Sequence record: NC_047995.1
Reading direction: 5' to 3' (one strand)
Length of the DNA: 64,000 bases
Below are positions 1 through 8,932 of the stretch, piece by piece (position 1 is the stretch's first letter; each line of letters starts with the position of its first letter). Position numbers and translations under genes: made by a program. The notes below the pieces were generated by a model. The model worked only from the letters and a program-made list of their open reading frames with translations, did not search any database and had not been told where the DNA came from.

Positions 1-1509
1 ATGGAAATGTTTTCGCTTGGCCTGGAAGTTCGGGCCATTCGAACTGTTACGAACCCAAAGATTAAGGAAGGATTCAGGACGGCCATGATGGGTCGTCTTG
101 GTCCAACTCACTTTAGTTCGGAAGTAACTCGCAAAGCATTCCGCCGCGTTACAAAGCTGGTGGAGTCTCGTAGCGAAATAATTGAATGGGAAGACTTGCT
201 GGAAGACCCGAACTTGTCCGAAGAGTTCAGGGACAGTCTGCGTGAAGCAGATGAAAAGCCAGCGAAGACCATGAAAGGCTTCGACAAGATATTCGACAGT
301 CTGGAGAAGTATCGCCAGCGTCGTGATATCATGAACCTCGGCAAGCAGATTGCTAAGGACTTTAGTGACGCTGACCCAGAGGAGTTCGACGAGCAAACGT
401 ACATGCAGGAGCTGGCTGATAAACTCGGTCAAGCGCAGCGTGGCACCCGTAAGACTGAGAAGGTTTGGTCATTCGGTGGCAAGAAGTCGAACGCCATGAA
501 GTTAGCGAAGCAGGTAATCACTAACCCGAAAGAGGTGATGTACAAGACTGGCTTCAAGACGTATGACAATAAGAACGGCGGTTGGCCTACGACTGGCGTT
601 GTGTTGTTGGCTGGTTCAACGTCTGGTGGTAAGTCTGTTATCTCAATGAACCTCGCTGATGCAATGGCGAAAGTAAACGGCATTCACTGTCTCAAGGTCA
701 CACTCGAAATGACCGCCGAGCAGGAAATGAAGCGTATGCTTTCGATGATCAGCGGCATCGACTTCTGGAAGATCAAGCAGGGCAAGTTGTCGAAACGCGA
801 GCAGACGCAGTTGCTGAAAGCCGCGAAGCAGTACGACAAGATCATGAAGAAGTCGAAGGGACGTAACTCATTCACGTCTCCTGAACGTGGCATGTCGATT
901 GATGACGTTCTGTGTATGTCGATTCCGTATGGCGTTCACGTAACCTTCATCGACTACGTTGGTCTGTTGGAAGGTATCGACAACGACAACCAGTGGCGCG
1001 AACTGTCTACGATTGTTCGTAAAGCGAAAGTACACGCGAACGCAACAGGCCAGCTTGTTGTTATCCTGTGTCAGCTTGATGACCAGACTGGACGTATTCG
1101 TTACTCTGGTGGTATGCGCGAACACGCCGACGTTGTGTGGGCATGGAACTACTCTGACCCTGAGATTCGTGAAGGCAAAGTGATTCCTGTTCAGGTAATG
1201 AAAGCGCGTGATGGTGAGTTGTTCGAGATGGCGTTGGAAGATGCGTTCGAGACAATGACCGTGCGTGATGCTGGTGCTGATGCAGAGGTGCCTAAGACCA
1301 ACAAGGTTATCTCTGTTGATGACATGGAAGGTAAAGGCGATTCCAAAAAGAAATTCGGGAAAGGTAATTTCAAGAAGAAAGATAAAATTGAGATTAAGAA
1401 GTCTCGTCGTGGTGCTGCTGCGTTCCTTAGTTCTGGATCTGATAGCGACGACGATGACGGCGATCTTCCGAAGAAGAAGAAAAAGCGTAAGTCCTACGCG
1501 GTTTCTTAA
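1..1509 (+). CDS. dnaB: DnaB-like replicative helicase (may begin upstream of the window)
   Basis: Walker A LLAGSTSGGKS, motif H1a TLEM, Walker B FIDYVGLL, H3 ILCQL, arginine finger KARDG; K/D-rich C-terminal tail. Confidence 0.9.
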   Translation: MEMFSLGLEVRAIRTVTNPKIKEGFRTAMMGRLGPTHFSSEVTRKAFRRVTKLVESRSEIIEWEDLLEDPNLSEEFRDSLREADEKPAKTMKGFDKIFDSLEKYRQRRDIMNLGKQIAKDFSDADPEEFDEQTYMQELADKLGQAQRGTRKTEKVWSFGGKKSNAMKLAKQVITNPKEVMYKTGFKTYDNKNGGWPTTGVVLLAGSTSGGKSVISMNLADAMAKVNGIHCLKVTLEMTAEQEMKRMLSMISGIDFWKIKQGKLSKREQTQLLKAAKQYDKIMKKSKGRNSFTSPERGMSIDDVLCMSIPYGVHVTFIDYVGLLEGIDNDNQWRELSTIVRKAKVHANATGQLVVILCQLDDQTGRIRYSGGMREHADVVWAWNYSDPEIREGKVIPVQVMKARDGELFEMALEDAFETMTVRDAGADAEVPKTNKVISVDDMEGKGDSKKKFGKGNFKKKDKIEIKKSRRGAAAFLSSGSDSDDDDGDLPKKKKKRKSYAVS

Positions 1510-1518
1510 GGAGTCTCT

Positions 1519-1761
1519 ATGGACGAAATCCAGTGGCTTGTCTTTGACGACGAAGCCAATCTTAACATAGACAAGGATTATGTCTATCACGTTCGCACCA
1601 AGGAGGGTGCAGAGCATTCTGGCATGTACCCGAACGGCGCTGGCTTTCACTGTCAGAACCCAGGACAGCCAGGCCGTGTATCAATGTCTGACGTAACGCA
1701 TTACGCTGTGCAGATGACATTCGACGATCACGCAGACAAGTTCGTATTCGGCCGTGAATAA
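1519..1761 (+). CDS. hypothetical protein
   Basis: 80 aa ORF, AGGAG RBS before the ATG, packed between neighbours. Confidence 0.65.
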   Translation: MDEIQWLVFDDEANLNIDKDYVYHVRTKEGAEHSGMYPNGAGFHCQNPGQPGRVSMSDVTHYAVQMTFDDHADKFVFGRE

Positions 1762-2545
1762 GTTCGAAGGCCCGTACGGACTCACTGAGTCTGATCAGAT
1801 GGTCCCACGCTGGACGTACCCTGTTAAGCATGGGCAGGTGCGTAGAGTAGAAGCGTGGGAACTCGATACAATGCCAAATACCACGCAGCAAGTACGCATG
1901 GTAAATGACATTCATGCAATTCATAACACACCTGTAGAGGACTATGATGACGCTCTCGACCTCGACGAAGAAGCTGCAAAGATCTCAAAAACTGAGTCCC
2001 GACTTCTTATCAAGCCTCGACTCAATGAAGTCCGTTCCCGTAAACACAAAGACCACATTGGTCCAGAGAACGTCTTCCCGGTCACCGACGAAGTAATTGA
2101 TGGTGCACTTGATAGCATCGACTCTTACTCGGAAACGTTCCGCGATTACCTGATGCACCATGTGTTCAGCCCGATACTTGGGTTTGACATTGCAGCAGGC
2201 GAAGTGGAAGCAATCGCCAAAGACTGTCTCAAGACGGACTTAGAGATTGACAGTGAGCTTGTGCCTTATATCGAGCGCGTAGGGCTTGCTAACATCATTG
2301 GTGTAATGCTCTCGAAGTCAAACTCTGTGCCTGAAACCGTTCGTGCTGATGTGCTGAAAGACTGGCTGATCAAATCGTTCGATGATGTACGCGCAGAACA
2401 TAAGCTGAAAGGCAATTCGTTGCGTGACCAGATTCGCAGATTGATGCACGGCAACACTGACCTTGTTGCTAAGGGTGCGGGTATAGGTACGACGCGCGGC
2501 TTCTCTGAATACAGGAAACAAATGACCGATAATGGCCAAGCCTAA
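1754..2545 (+). CDS. hypothetical protein directly upstream of terL (possible small terminase, by position only)
   Basis: 263 aa ORF overlapping the terL start; no diagnostic motif. Confidence 0.6.
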   Translation: MNKFEGPYGLTESDQMVPRWTYPVKHGQVRRVEAWELDTMPNTTQQVRMVNDIHAIHNTPVEDYDDALDLDEEAAKISKTESRLLIKPRLNEVRSRKHKDHIGPENVFPVTDEVIDGALDSIDSYSETFRDYLMHHVFSPILGFDIAAGEVEAIAKDCLKTDLEIDSELVPYIERVGLANIIGVMLSKSNSVPETVRADVLKDWLIKSFDDVRAEHKLKGNSLRDQIRRLMHGNTDLVAKGAGIGTTRGFSEYRKQMTDNGQA

Positions 2546-5360
2546 GAAGGGCCCAGCCTTCTCCTTACGTCCGAAACGCATTGCAGCCTTTGATGCGCTG
2601 CTCGGCGATGACGTAAAGGTGGAGACTTCTTCCGACATGGATTTCTTGTCAGATAATAGTTCAAGTGCGATTAACTTCTTGGAGAAGGGCGAGGTTAACA
2701 TCGTTGACTTGGTTGAAGGTGCGTTAGAGCAACGTACCCTCGTGCCACGCGATTTGAAGTTCGATGACAGTTCAATGCCCAAGGCGAAAAACTTCCTTGA
2801 GTGGTGTACGAGTCCCGACTTCTTAAAAGCCGAGCCGTATCTTGAACAGGCCTTGATTGGTCTACGTTTGTTCGGGGAGATTTGCGTCCGCTGTTCTCCA
2901 GACTTGCAATGGCAGCACACTGAGAACCACGAGCCGCAGGAAACTACAGCCGCAATCGAGGAACACTTGCACCTGTTACACAACGGTGTGTGCCCTCATT
3001 GCGGCGCTCGTCGTTCTGAGATGATTCGCAAGAAAGAGATGAACTTCTACAACGAGCTGGCCGTGAATGCCGGACAGCGTTGTGTGATCGCTTCAACTCC
3101 TGTTGTTACTTCTCGCGGCATCATGCCTATCGGTCATATGATGATCGGTCATTCAACACCTGGCTTTCACAAACCGCAGCGCAACTTCAATGCGCATAAC
3201 GGGCGTGAGATTAAGAACGTTCGTCAGGTGTACGTGTCAGATGAAAGCCCAACAAAGGTTGTGTCTCTCGCAAACGGCATGTGGATTGAAGCAACTCATG
3301 AGCACCCTGTGCGTACGGAGCAAGGCTTTAAGAAAGTGTCCAAGCTGCAAGCAGGCGACCGTGTTGAGATCAAACTCGGCACGAATGCGTGGGGTAAGAT
3401 TCAACGTCCTGTCAGTATCTACGATGCGGGCCTGTCAGTCCGTGAAGAAGCACTGCGCTACATTGCTGATCGCTCTCTCGCGTTCGGCGATAAGATGCAG
3501 TACGTGACCGAAGATGCAGACGCCCTACAGATGGTGTGGTCGATTCTTATCAACGCAGGTTACATGCCTCAAGTGTTGCATGACACGCGAAGCTGGAGCA
3601 TTGTGTATGACCTCACCGCTGAACCTGAGTGTCGCTCTGTTCACATCGAAGTGCAGGCTGTTGACGAAGGCACGCCGCAGGTCACATATGACTTGCAGAT
3701 GGAAGGACTCCCGCAGTTCGTAGCGTCTGGGCTTGTGCACCATAACAGCGGTAAGTCCGTTGTAGTTGCAATGATCTCGACCTACCTGACGCATAGACTG
3801 TTAATGTCGCAATCGCCTACGGGCATCCTGAGCATCGACAACACGACTGTCCTACACGGTACGTTCGTCGCACTGACTCAGAAGCAAGCGGCCGATACAC
3901 TCTGGACTCCTTACTTCAACTACATCATGGGTAGTCCCTGGTTCCAAGCGTACCACGATTTGATTCGCAAGCACGAACGCAAGTTCGGCATTGAAGTGAT
4001 GAAGATTCGTGACACGTTCGTTCTGTATGGACACAGGAACTTTGTTATCTACCCAGCGGGTCCCGATGGTCGTATTCTTCGTGGTCGAACCCGCGTACTG
4101 GCGGTGATCGATGAAGTGGCGTATTTCGATAACGACGCCCAATCCAAAAAGATCAAAGTCAGTGCTGGTGCAGTGTACGGCGCACTAGACCGTTCACTTG
4201 CGACCGTGCGAGCGAAAGAACGAAGGCAGGTGGAAGCTGGCTACGACGAGGCATTCACGGGCTACTTCTGCAACATCAGTAGCCCGGTACACGCTCGTGA
4301 TAAAATCAACGAGCTGTTGCGTATGTCCGTCGGTAGTGAGAAGCTGTTAGGCATTCATGCTCCTACGTGGAAGATGAACCCTGACATGCCACGCGACTCC
4401 GAGTTCCTTGTCGAAGCATTCAAGCGTGACCCTGTAGGTGCAGCGCGAGATTATGGCGCAGAAGCACCGTTGTCTGCTAACCCGTTCATCACGCAGCCTA
4501 CGTTTATCGCAGATGCTATACGTGAGAAGGGTCGTTCGATGTGTACCTATACGCATCACATCATTCGACACAAAGACGGTGAGCGCCAGCGCTATGGTGC
4601 TTTAGTCAAAGCAGCAACGACAACCAAAGCGTCTATCCTTGCGATTGATGCAGGCTTCTCGAATAACAGTTTCGCACTCGTAACAGGCTCACGCGGCGAT
4701 GACGGTATTATCAGTGTTGACTGTCTGGTGGAGATCGTTCCAAAGCCGGGCATCCCCCTGAACTATACCTTAATCTTCGATGAACTGCTTATACCCCTGT
4801 GTAAAGCGCGTAACGTCCGCGTAATGCTTGCTGACCAGTGGCAGTCACTCAAGTTGCTGCAAGATGCTAAATTGAAAGTGGACTCGATTGAAGAATCCGA
4901 TCAGTACAGCCTGAAATATCAGGACATGTGGACTGTGAAGACGATGTTCGAATCTACTCCGAGTCGCATCACACTGCCTCGCATGACGAACGCTAAGACG
5001 ATTATGGACACGCTGAAATACGATGGCGATGAATATCCTCAGTGCTTCGAGAACAAACCAACAGAGCACTTGATCATGCAACTCCAGACAGTGCAAGACA
5101 CTGGACGTAGCGTTATCAAGAACACAGGGGCAACCGATGACCTGTGGCGAGCAATGGCACTCATGGTCTATGGCTTCGAGTGTGGTAACTACGACGAGTA
5201 TCTGATCAAAGCGCCAGAAGTAACTATCAATCGTGACCCGAATCGTTTAGGCCGTGTAGCACACAGACTTAACTCAGGCTCAGCGTCAACAGGCCGTCCA
5301 CAACTTAGTGGTGGTCGTGTTCTTGGTTCTGCGCGTACTCGGATGATTGGCCGCAAGTAA
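2532..5360 (+). CDS. terL: terminase large subunit, intein-containing
   Basis: After intein removal Walker A reads AGQRSGKS; GRILRGRT, Walker B VIDEVAYFD, coupling motif NISSP, RNase H-like nuclease acidic residues AIDAG ... DDLWRA. Confidence 0.9.
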   Translation: MAKPKKGPAFSLRPKRIAAFDALLGDDVKVETSSDMDFLSDNSSSAINFLEKGEVNIVDLVEGALEQRTLVPRDLKFDDSSMPKAKNFLEWCTSPDFLKAEPYLEQALIGLRLFGEICVRCSPDLQWQHTENHEPQETTAAIEEHLHLLHNGVCPHCGARRSEMIRKKEMNFYNELAVNAGQRCVIASTPVVTSRGIMPIGHMMIGHSTPGFHKPQRNFNAHNGREIKNVRQVYVSDESPTKVVSLANGMWIEATHEHPVRTEQGFKKVSKLQAGDRVEIKLGTNAWGKIQRPVSIYDAGLSVREEALRYIADRSLAFGDKMQYVTEDADALQMVWSILINAGYMPQVLHDTRSWSIVYDLTAEPECRSVHIEVQAVDEGTPQVTYDLQMEGLPQFVASGLVHHNSGKSVVVAMISTYLTHRLLMSQSPTGILSIDNTTVLHGTFVALTQKQAADTLWTPYFNYIMGSPWFQAYHDLIRKHERKFGIEVMKIRDTFVLYGHRNFVIYPAGPDGRILRGRTRVLAVIDEVAYFDNDAQSKKIKVSAGAVYGALDRSLATVRAKERRQVEAGYDEAFTGYFCNISSPVHARDKINELLRMSVGSEKLLGIHAPTWKMNPDMPRDSEFLVEAFKRDPVGAARDYGAEAPLSANPFITQPTFIADAIREKGRSMCTYTHHIIRHKDGERQRYGALVKAATTTKASILAIDAGFSNNSFALVTGSRGDDGIISVDCLVEIVPKPGIPLNYTLIFDELLIPLCKARNVRVMLADQWQSLKLLQDAKLKVDSIEESDQYSLKYQDMWTVKTMFESTPSRITLPRMTNAKTIMDTLKYDGDEYPQCFENKPTEHLIMQLQTVQDTGRSVIKNTGATDDLWRAMALMVYGFECGNYDEYLIKAPEVTINRDPNRLGRVAHRLNSGSASTGRPQLSGGRVLGSARTRMIGRK
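3081..3746 (+). mobile_element. intein (222 aa, mini or degenerate) in terL Walker A
   Basis: Starts CVIASTPV, block B ATHEHPV, block F TYDLQMEG, ends VHHN followed by Ser; splicing restores GQR-SGKS. Confidence 0.9.
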
Positions 5361-5362
5361 GC

Positions 5363-5378
5363 TAATTTAGACGAGTCA
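5363..5378 (+). promoter_or_regulatory. candidate promoter motif TAATTT-n4-GAGTCA
   Basis: Intergenic after terL; same motif at 12537 and 27991 (+) and at 45264, 48416, 54569 and 63470 (-). Confidence 0.5.
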
Positions 5379-5399
5379 GTTCATACAAGGAATACGATC

Positions 5400-5612
5400 A
5401 TGAGTAAGCATTATAATCCGTTGCTTAACAACTCTGTAAAGTCAGAGTCAAGTGACAAGTCGGTTAAAAGCACCAGCGCTGCTTTCGCTGTTGAAAGCGC
5501 AAACGTGTGTCCGAAGTGTGCTTCATCTACCGTGCCTACACAACTGCTTTCAGGCGAAGGCGTTATGTTCTGCACGGGCTGCCGCGTAAGTCTCGCAATC
5601 CCTTTGAAGTGA
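5400..5612 (+). CDS. small zinc-ribbon protein
   Basis: CPKC ... CTGC, AAGGA RBS, between terL and portal. Confidence 0.75.
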   Translation: MSKHYNPLLNNSVKSESSDKSVKSTSAAFAVESANVCPKCASSTVPTQLLSGEGVMFCTGCRVSLAIPLK

Positions 5613-5619
5613 GGTAATT

Positions 5620-7554
5620 ATGGGCGTCCAGGTCGGGCGTCGTCAATTTGGCGATGCACCCTCGGAGCCTGCAAAGAAGAAACAAAATTCTCTCGGCGCA
5701 GCCTCCTTACCGCGCGAGATAGGCAAAGCAATCCGCAGCGAGAGTTCGAGGCGTAACATGAGCTTCGCCTCTCAGTCTGCGGGTGGCGCAGGTATGGCTG
5801 CCGGTAATATGCAAATTGGTTCAGTACCTCTTGATATCGACTTAGAGCCGATGATGGAAGGCATGGACTATGATGCTGACGACCGACAGCTATTCAATGT
5901 CTACCGCGATATGTATCACTTCGACCCAATCTGCGGCTCCTACGTGGACTTGTTCTCAACGCTGCCATTCTCCGATGTGAGTTTCAGTGGCGCGAAGGAC
6001 AGTGTGCTTGAGCCGTATTATGAAGTGAATGAACGTCTGTCACTGACGACCAGTATGCCGAACATCACAACTGATATTCAGGTTACTGGCGCGTTTGTTG
6101 GCTCGATGATCTACAACAAAGACCGTAAGAAGTTTATCGACTTGATGACGCACCGTTACGACAACATCGACGTAACGCCACTGCCGTTTATCAGTCAGGA
6201 CCCGATGTTCGAACTGCGCATCCCTCAATACGTGAAGTCTGCCTTTGCTAAAGAAGGTAAACGTATTGACGCGCTGAAAAAAGAGCTGGGCCCTGGGTTT
6301 GTTGATAAGCTCATGAACGACACCACGATGGAGCTTGACCCCATCGGTACGATCTACATCCCGCGTAAAACATTCAGCTTTGGCGAAGGTATCTCGGTGT
6401 TACGCCGTGTGCTGCCTATTTGGCTGATAGAGAAGAACCTCTATCGCGGTACGTTGATTGAATCAGGTCGTCGTCAACGCGGTATCTTACATGCCCAGTT
6501 GGGTGATGGTGATCAGTGGGAACCGTCGCAAGAAGAAATGGACTTTATGACCGACCTTCTTCTGTCTGCGGATAGTGACCCGATTGGATCTATCATCACG
6601 ACCCGACTCGGCGTGAACATCAGTGAGTTCCGTCAAGGCGGTGACTTCTGGAAGATTACGGATATCTGGGACCAGACTGCTCAATTCAAAATGCGAGCGA
6701 TGGGCATCAGTGAAGCGTTCCTCTCTGGTGAAGCGAACTATGACTCGGGTGCTGCTGGCCTGACTATCTTCGTTGAAGCGATGCGAGCGTTCCGTGATCA
6801 CCTGACGCGTAAAGTCTACTACGAGAAAGTCTTCCCACTTATCAGTATGATGAACGGCCTGGCTGTTCAGCGTAACGGTAAGATCATCAAAAAGAACAAC
6901 ATGATGGAAGGTGGCCTGACCGAAGTAATGTACAAGATGAATGACGGCTCTAAGCTGTTTATTCCGAACGTGCATTGGTCTAAGCAACTCCGTCCTGACG
7001 TTGATCAGGCGATGATGGAAAACTTACGTGCGATGACTGAGCTGGGTGTTCCAGTTCCGTTACGTGCTATCGCTGCGGCTGGCGGGTACAACTTCGACCA
7101 GATTCTTATGGATCAGGATGAAGACCTCGCAATGCGTCGTAAGCTGATGGCCTATCGCAAACGTCAGGCTGAAATCGATCAGGAGTTCGCTCCGCCTGAA
7201 CCAGGTGCTGGTGGTGATGGAGATAGCTTTAGCTCGGTCAGTTCTCTGTCTGCTGACCTGCAACGCCGTCGCCGTCACGTAGCTGGTATCGGTCTGTCTT
7301 CTGCTGTACTTGGTGGTGAGCAACGCAAGCTGCTTAATCGTGACTTCGGTGAACGCTCCGAAATCTTCGAACTGTCCAAGACAGGCAAGAAGAAGCACGT
7401 CTTCCGTCAGTCTGTCGCTAACTCCAAAGCGAACGACCAGATCTGGAAAGCTGCGAAGAACTATGAAGCCAACAAAACGATGCCGCTGGACGATGGTAAA
7501 GTGTCGTTCAAACCAACGCCAGGTGAGCTTCGTGCAATGTCGAGACTCCGTTAA
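5620..7554 (+). CDS. probable portal protein
   Basis: 644 aa, follows terL; YRDMYHFDPICGSYVDLFSTLPFS resembles the conserved N-terminal portal helix; GAGGT RBS. Confidence 0.7.
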   Translation: MGVQVGRRQFGDAPSEPAKKKQNSLGAASLPREIGKAIRSESSRRNMSFASQSAGGAGMAAGNMQIGSVPLDIDLEPMMEGMDYDADDRQLFNVYRDMYHFDPICGSYVDLFSTLPFSDVSFSGAKDSVLEPYYEVNERLSLTTSMPNITTDIQVTGAFVGSMIYNKDRKKFIDLMTHRYDNIDVTPLPFISQDPMFELRIPQYVKSAFAKEGKRIDALKKELGPGFVDKLMNDTTMELDPIGTIYIPRKTFSFGEGISVLRRVLPIWLIEKNLYRGTLIESGRRQRGILHAQLGDGDQWEPSQEEMDFMTDLLLSADSDPIGSIITTRLGVNISEFRQGGDFWKITDIWDQTAQFKMRAMGISEAFLSGEANYDSGAAGLTIFVEAMRAFRDHLTRKVYYEKVFPLISMMNGLAVQRNGKIIKKNNMMEGGLTEVMYKMNDGSKLFIPNVHWSKQLRPDVDQAMMENLRAMTELGVPVPLRAIAAAGGYNFDQILMDQDEDLAMRRKLMAYRKRQAEIDQEFAPPEPGAGGDGDSFSSVSSLSADLQRRRRHVAGIGLSSAVLGGEQRKLLNRDFGERSEIFELSKTGKKKHVFRQSVANSKANDQIWKAAKNYEANKTMPLDDGKVSFKPTPGELRAMSRLR

Positions 7555-7889
7555 TGTACAACGTTGCTACGTGTCCAATTGACGGTACTGAGAAGGTGGT
7601 TGTGTATCGCCACCCTATCTTTACTGACTATGGTATCGGGCTAAAGATTAATCGTGACGGTGAGATGCCTGTTGTCGAATGCAATATCGTGACAGGCACC
7701 ATTGACGGTCAATCCAAGCTGGAGACCATTTCCGATCATACCGCACCCCTCGAAGTTCAAGTGTGGTGTTTTACGTGTATGCTGACTCTGCGGGAATCTG
7801 TAAATATGCAGAGCCTATCATTAGATGCTTTATTCCCGAACAACGGGGGCATCGTTTACTACACACCTAATCAGGAGAGTACATCGTGA
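7554..7889 (+). CDS. hypothetical protein
   Basis: TAATG overlap with the portal stop. Confidence 0.7.
   Translation: MYNVATCPIDGTEKVVVYRHPIFTDYGIGLKINRDGEMPVVECNIVTGTIDGQSKLETISDHTAPLEVQVWCFTCMLTLRESVNMQSLSLDALFPNNGGIVYYTPNQESTS
7795..7806 (+). promoter_or_regulatory. candidate promoter motif AATCTGTAAATA
   Basis: Exact or near copies at 10448, 18230, 20530, 28356, 33509, 36445, 37006 and 41392, each upstream of a gene start. Confidence 0.55.
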
Positions 7890-8272
7890 GTGGATTATTC
7901 CCGCATCGCATTATTAAGCAGAAAGAAGGTTTCGTGTTTATCGTTCAGCCTGCTGACGATAACGATCAGGACTCGGTCGAAGCTGCACAGGAAGTTGAGA
8001 ACATCCTGACCGAAGCCTGGCCGACTGCACCTTCTGAGCTGTCTGTCGATGACGTGCGCGACCCAGAAGAAGCTGAACTGATTTACGCTGACGTTGTGCA
8101 ACTCCTGGAAGAAGCAGAGCGTGACGAATCAAATCAGATCGTTATCGGCGGTATCGTTATCGTCGGCAATCTGGTTGTTGTGACCTGTATGCTGACAGGC
8201 GAAGACCTCGATGACGAAGAGGAAGACGAAGACGATGATTCCGTTGAAGCCGACGAAGAAGACTTCGCTTAA
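7886..8272 (+). CDS. highly acidic hypothetical protein
   Basis: About 39 D/E vs 5 K/R in 128 aa; AGGAG RBS, GTG start. Confidence 0.7.
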   Translation: MSGLFPHRIIKQKEGFVFIVQPADDNDQDSVEAAQEVENILTEAWPTAPSELSVDDVRDPEEAELIYADVVQLLEEAERDESNQIVIGGIVIVGNLVVVTCMLTGEDLDDEEEDEDDDSVEADEEDFA

Positions 8273-8282
8273 CGTCTGTCGT

Positions 8283-8300
8283 GAGGACCTTCGGGTCCTC
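8283..8300 (+). promoter_or_regulatory. perfect cUUCGg hairpin covering a GAGGA sequence just before an ATG
   Basis: GAGGACC-TTCG-GGTCCTC, no U-tract, ATG at 8301. Confidence 0.55.
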
Positions 8301-8435
8301 ATGAATCTGACCGATTCGAATCCTGTGTACGCAGCCAAGTTCCTTTCGAACAAGACAGACGACGAAGCACGGACTCTGCTGGCTGCCCTCAATAACGATG
8401 AAGTAACATCACTGTACGATCTAATGGTGACGTGA
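8301..8435 (+). CDS. small hypothetical protein
   Basis: In-frame ATG of track ORF 8211..8435; fills the gap; GTGA overlap with the next gene. Confidence 0.45.
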   Translation: MNLTDSNPVYAAKFLSNKTDDEARTLLAALNNDEVTSLYDLMVT

Positions 8436-8932
8436 TGGACGAGAATACCGTGGACGAAAGTCCTAATAGCGCAAGGCATCGCATCTTCTTCAAGCAGCCG
8501 AAACGAGTACCTCCCTTCGATACAGCTTTCATCCGCTCCTCTAACAAGGAAGGTCTGAAAGTTCTCCTATCGGCTGCCCCTGAACATTGTCAGATTATTT
8601 TGTTTACGGACGGTCCCGGCGCTGCTTACGCCATGAAACGCCTCTTTAAGCGCAACTTCAAACTCTGTTCACAAGCATTGCAACTTGACCTTAGGACTCT
8701 TGCGTTCACAGGCCAAGTCGTTTACCAATTCACGCGTGGTGGCGCTCTCTATGACCCACTGGCGCGTTACTTCTGCGCGGGTGAAAGCTATCTGCACGAG
8801 CTGGCGCAGACAACGAAGCTGGGTAGTTCCGAAACAGATACGATTGATTTGTTCTGTTGCGGCTTGGCGTTTCATCGCGTATTACTGGAGCGTGGTCGAG
8901 GCCGTTCTCTCGTTTTCGCGGAGGAACAATGA
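8432..8932 (+). CDS. hypothetical protein
   Basis: 166 aa, coupled to the next gene by ATGA overlap. Confidence 0.65.
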   Translation: MMDENTVDESPNSARHRIFFKQPKRVPPFDTAFIRSSNKEGLKVLLSAAPEHCQIILFTDGPGAAYAMKRLFKRNFKLCSQALQLDLRTLAFTGQVVYQFTRGGALYDPLARYFCAGESYLHELAQTTKLGSSETDTIDLFCCGLAFHRVLLERGRGRSLVFAEEQ

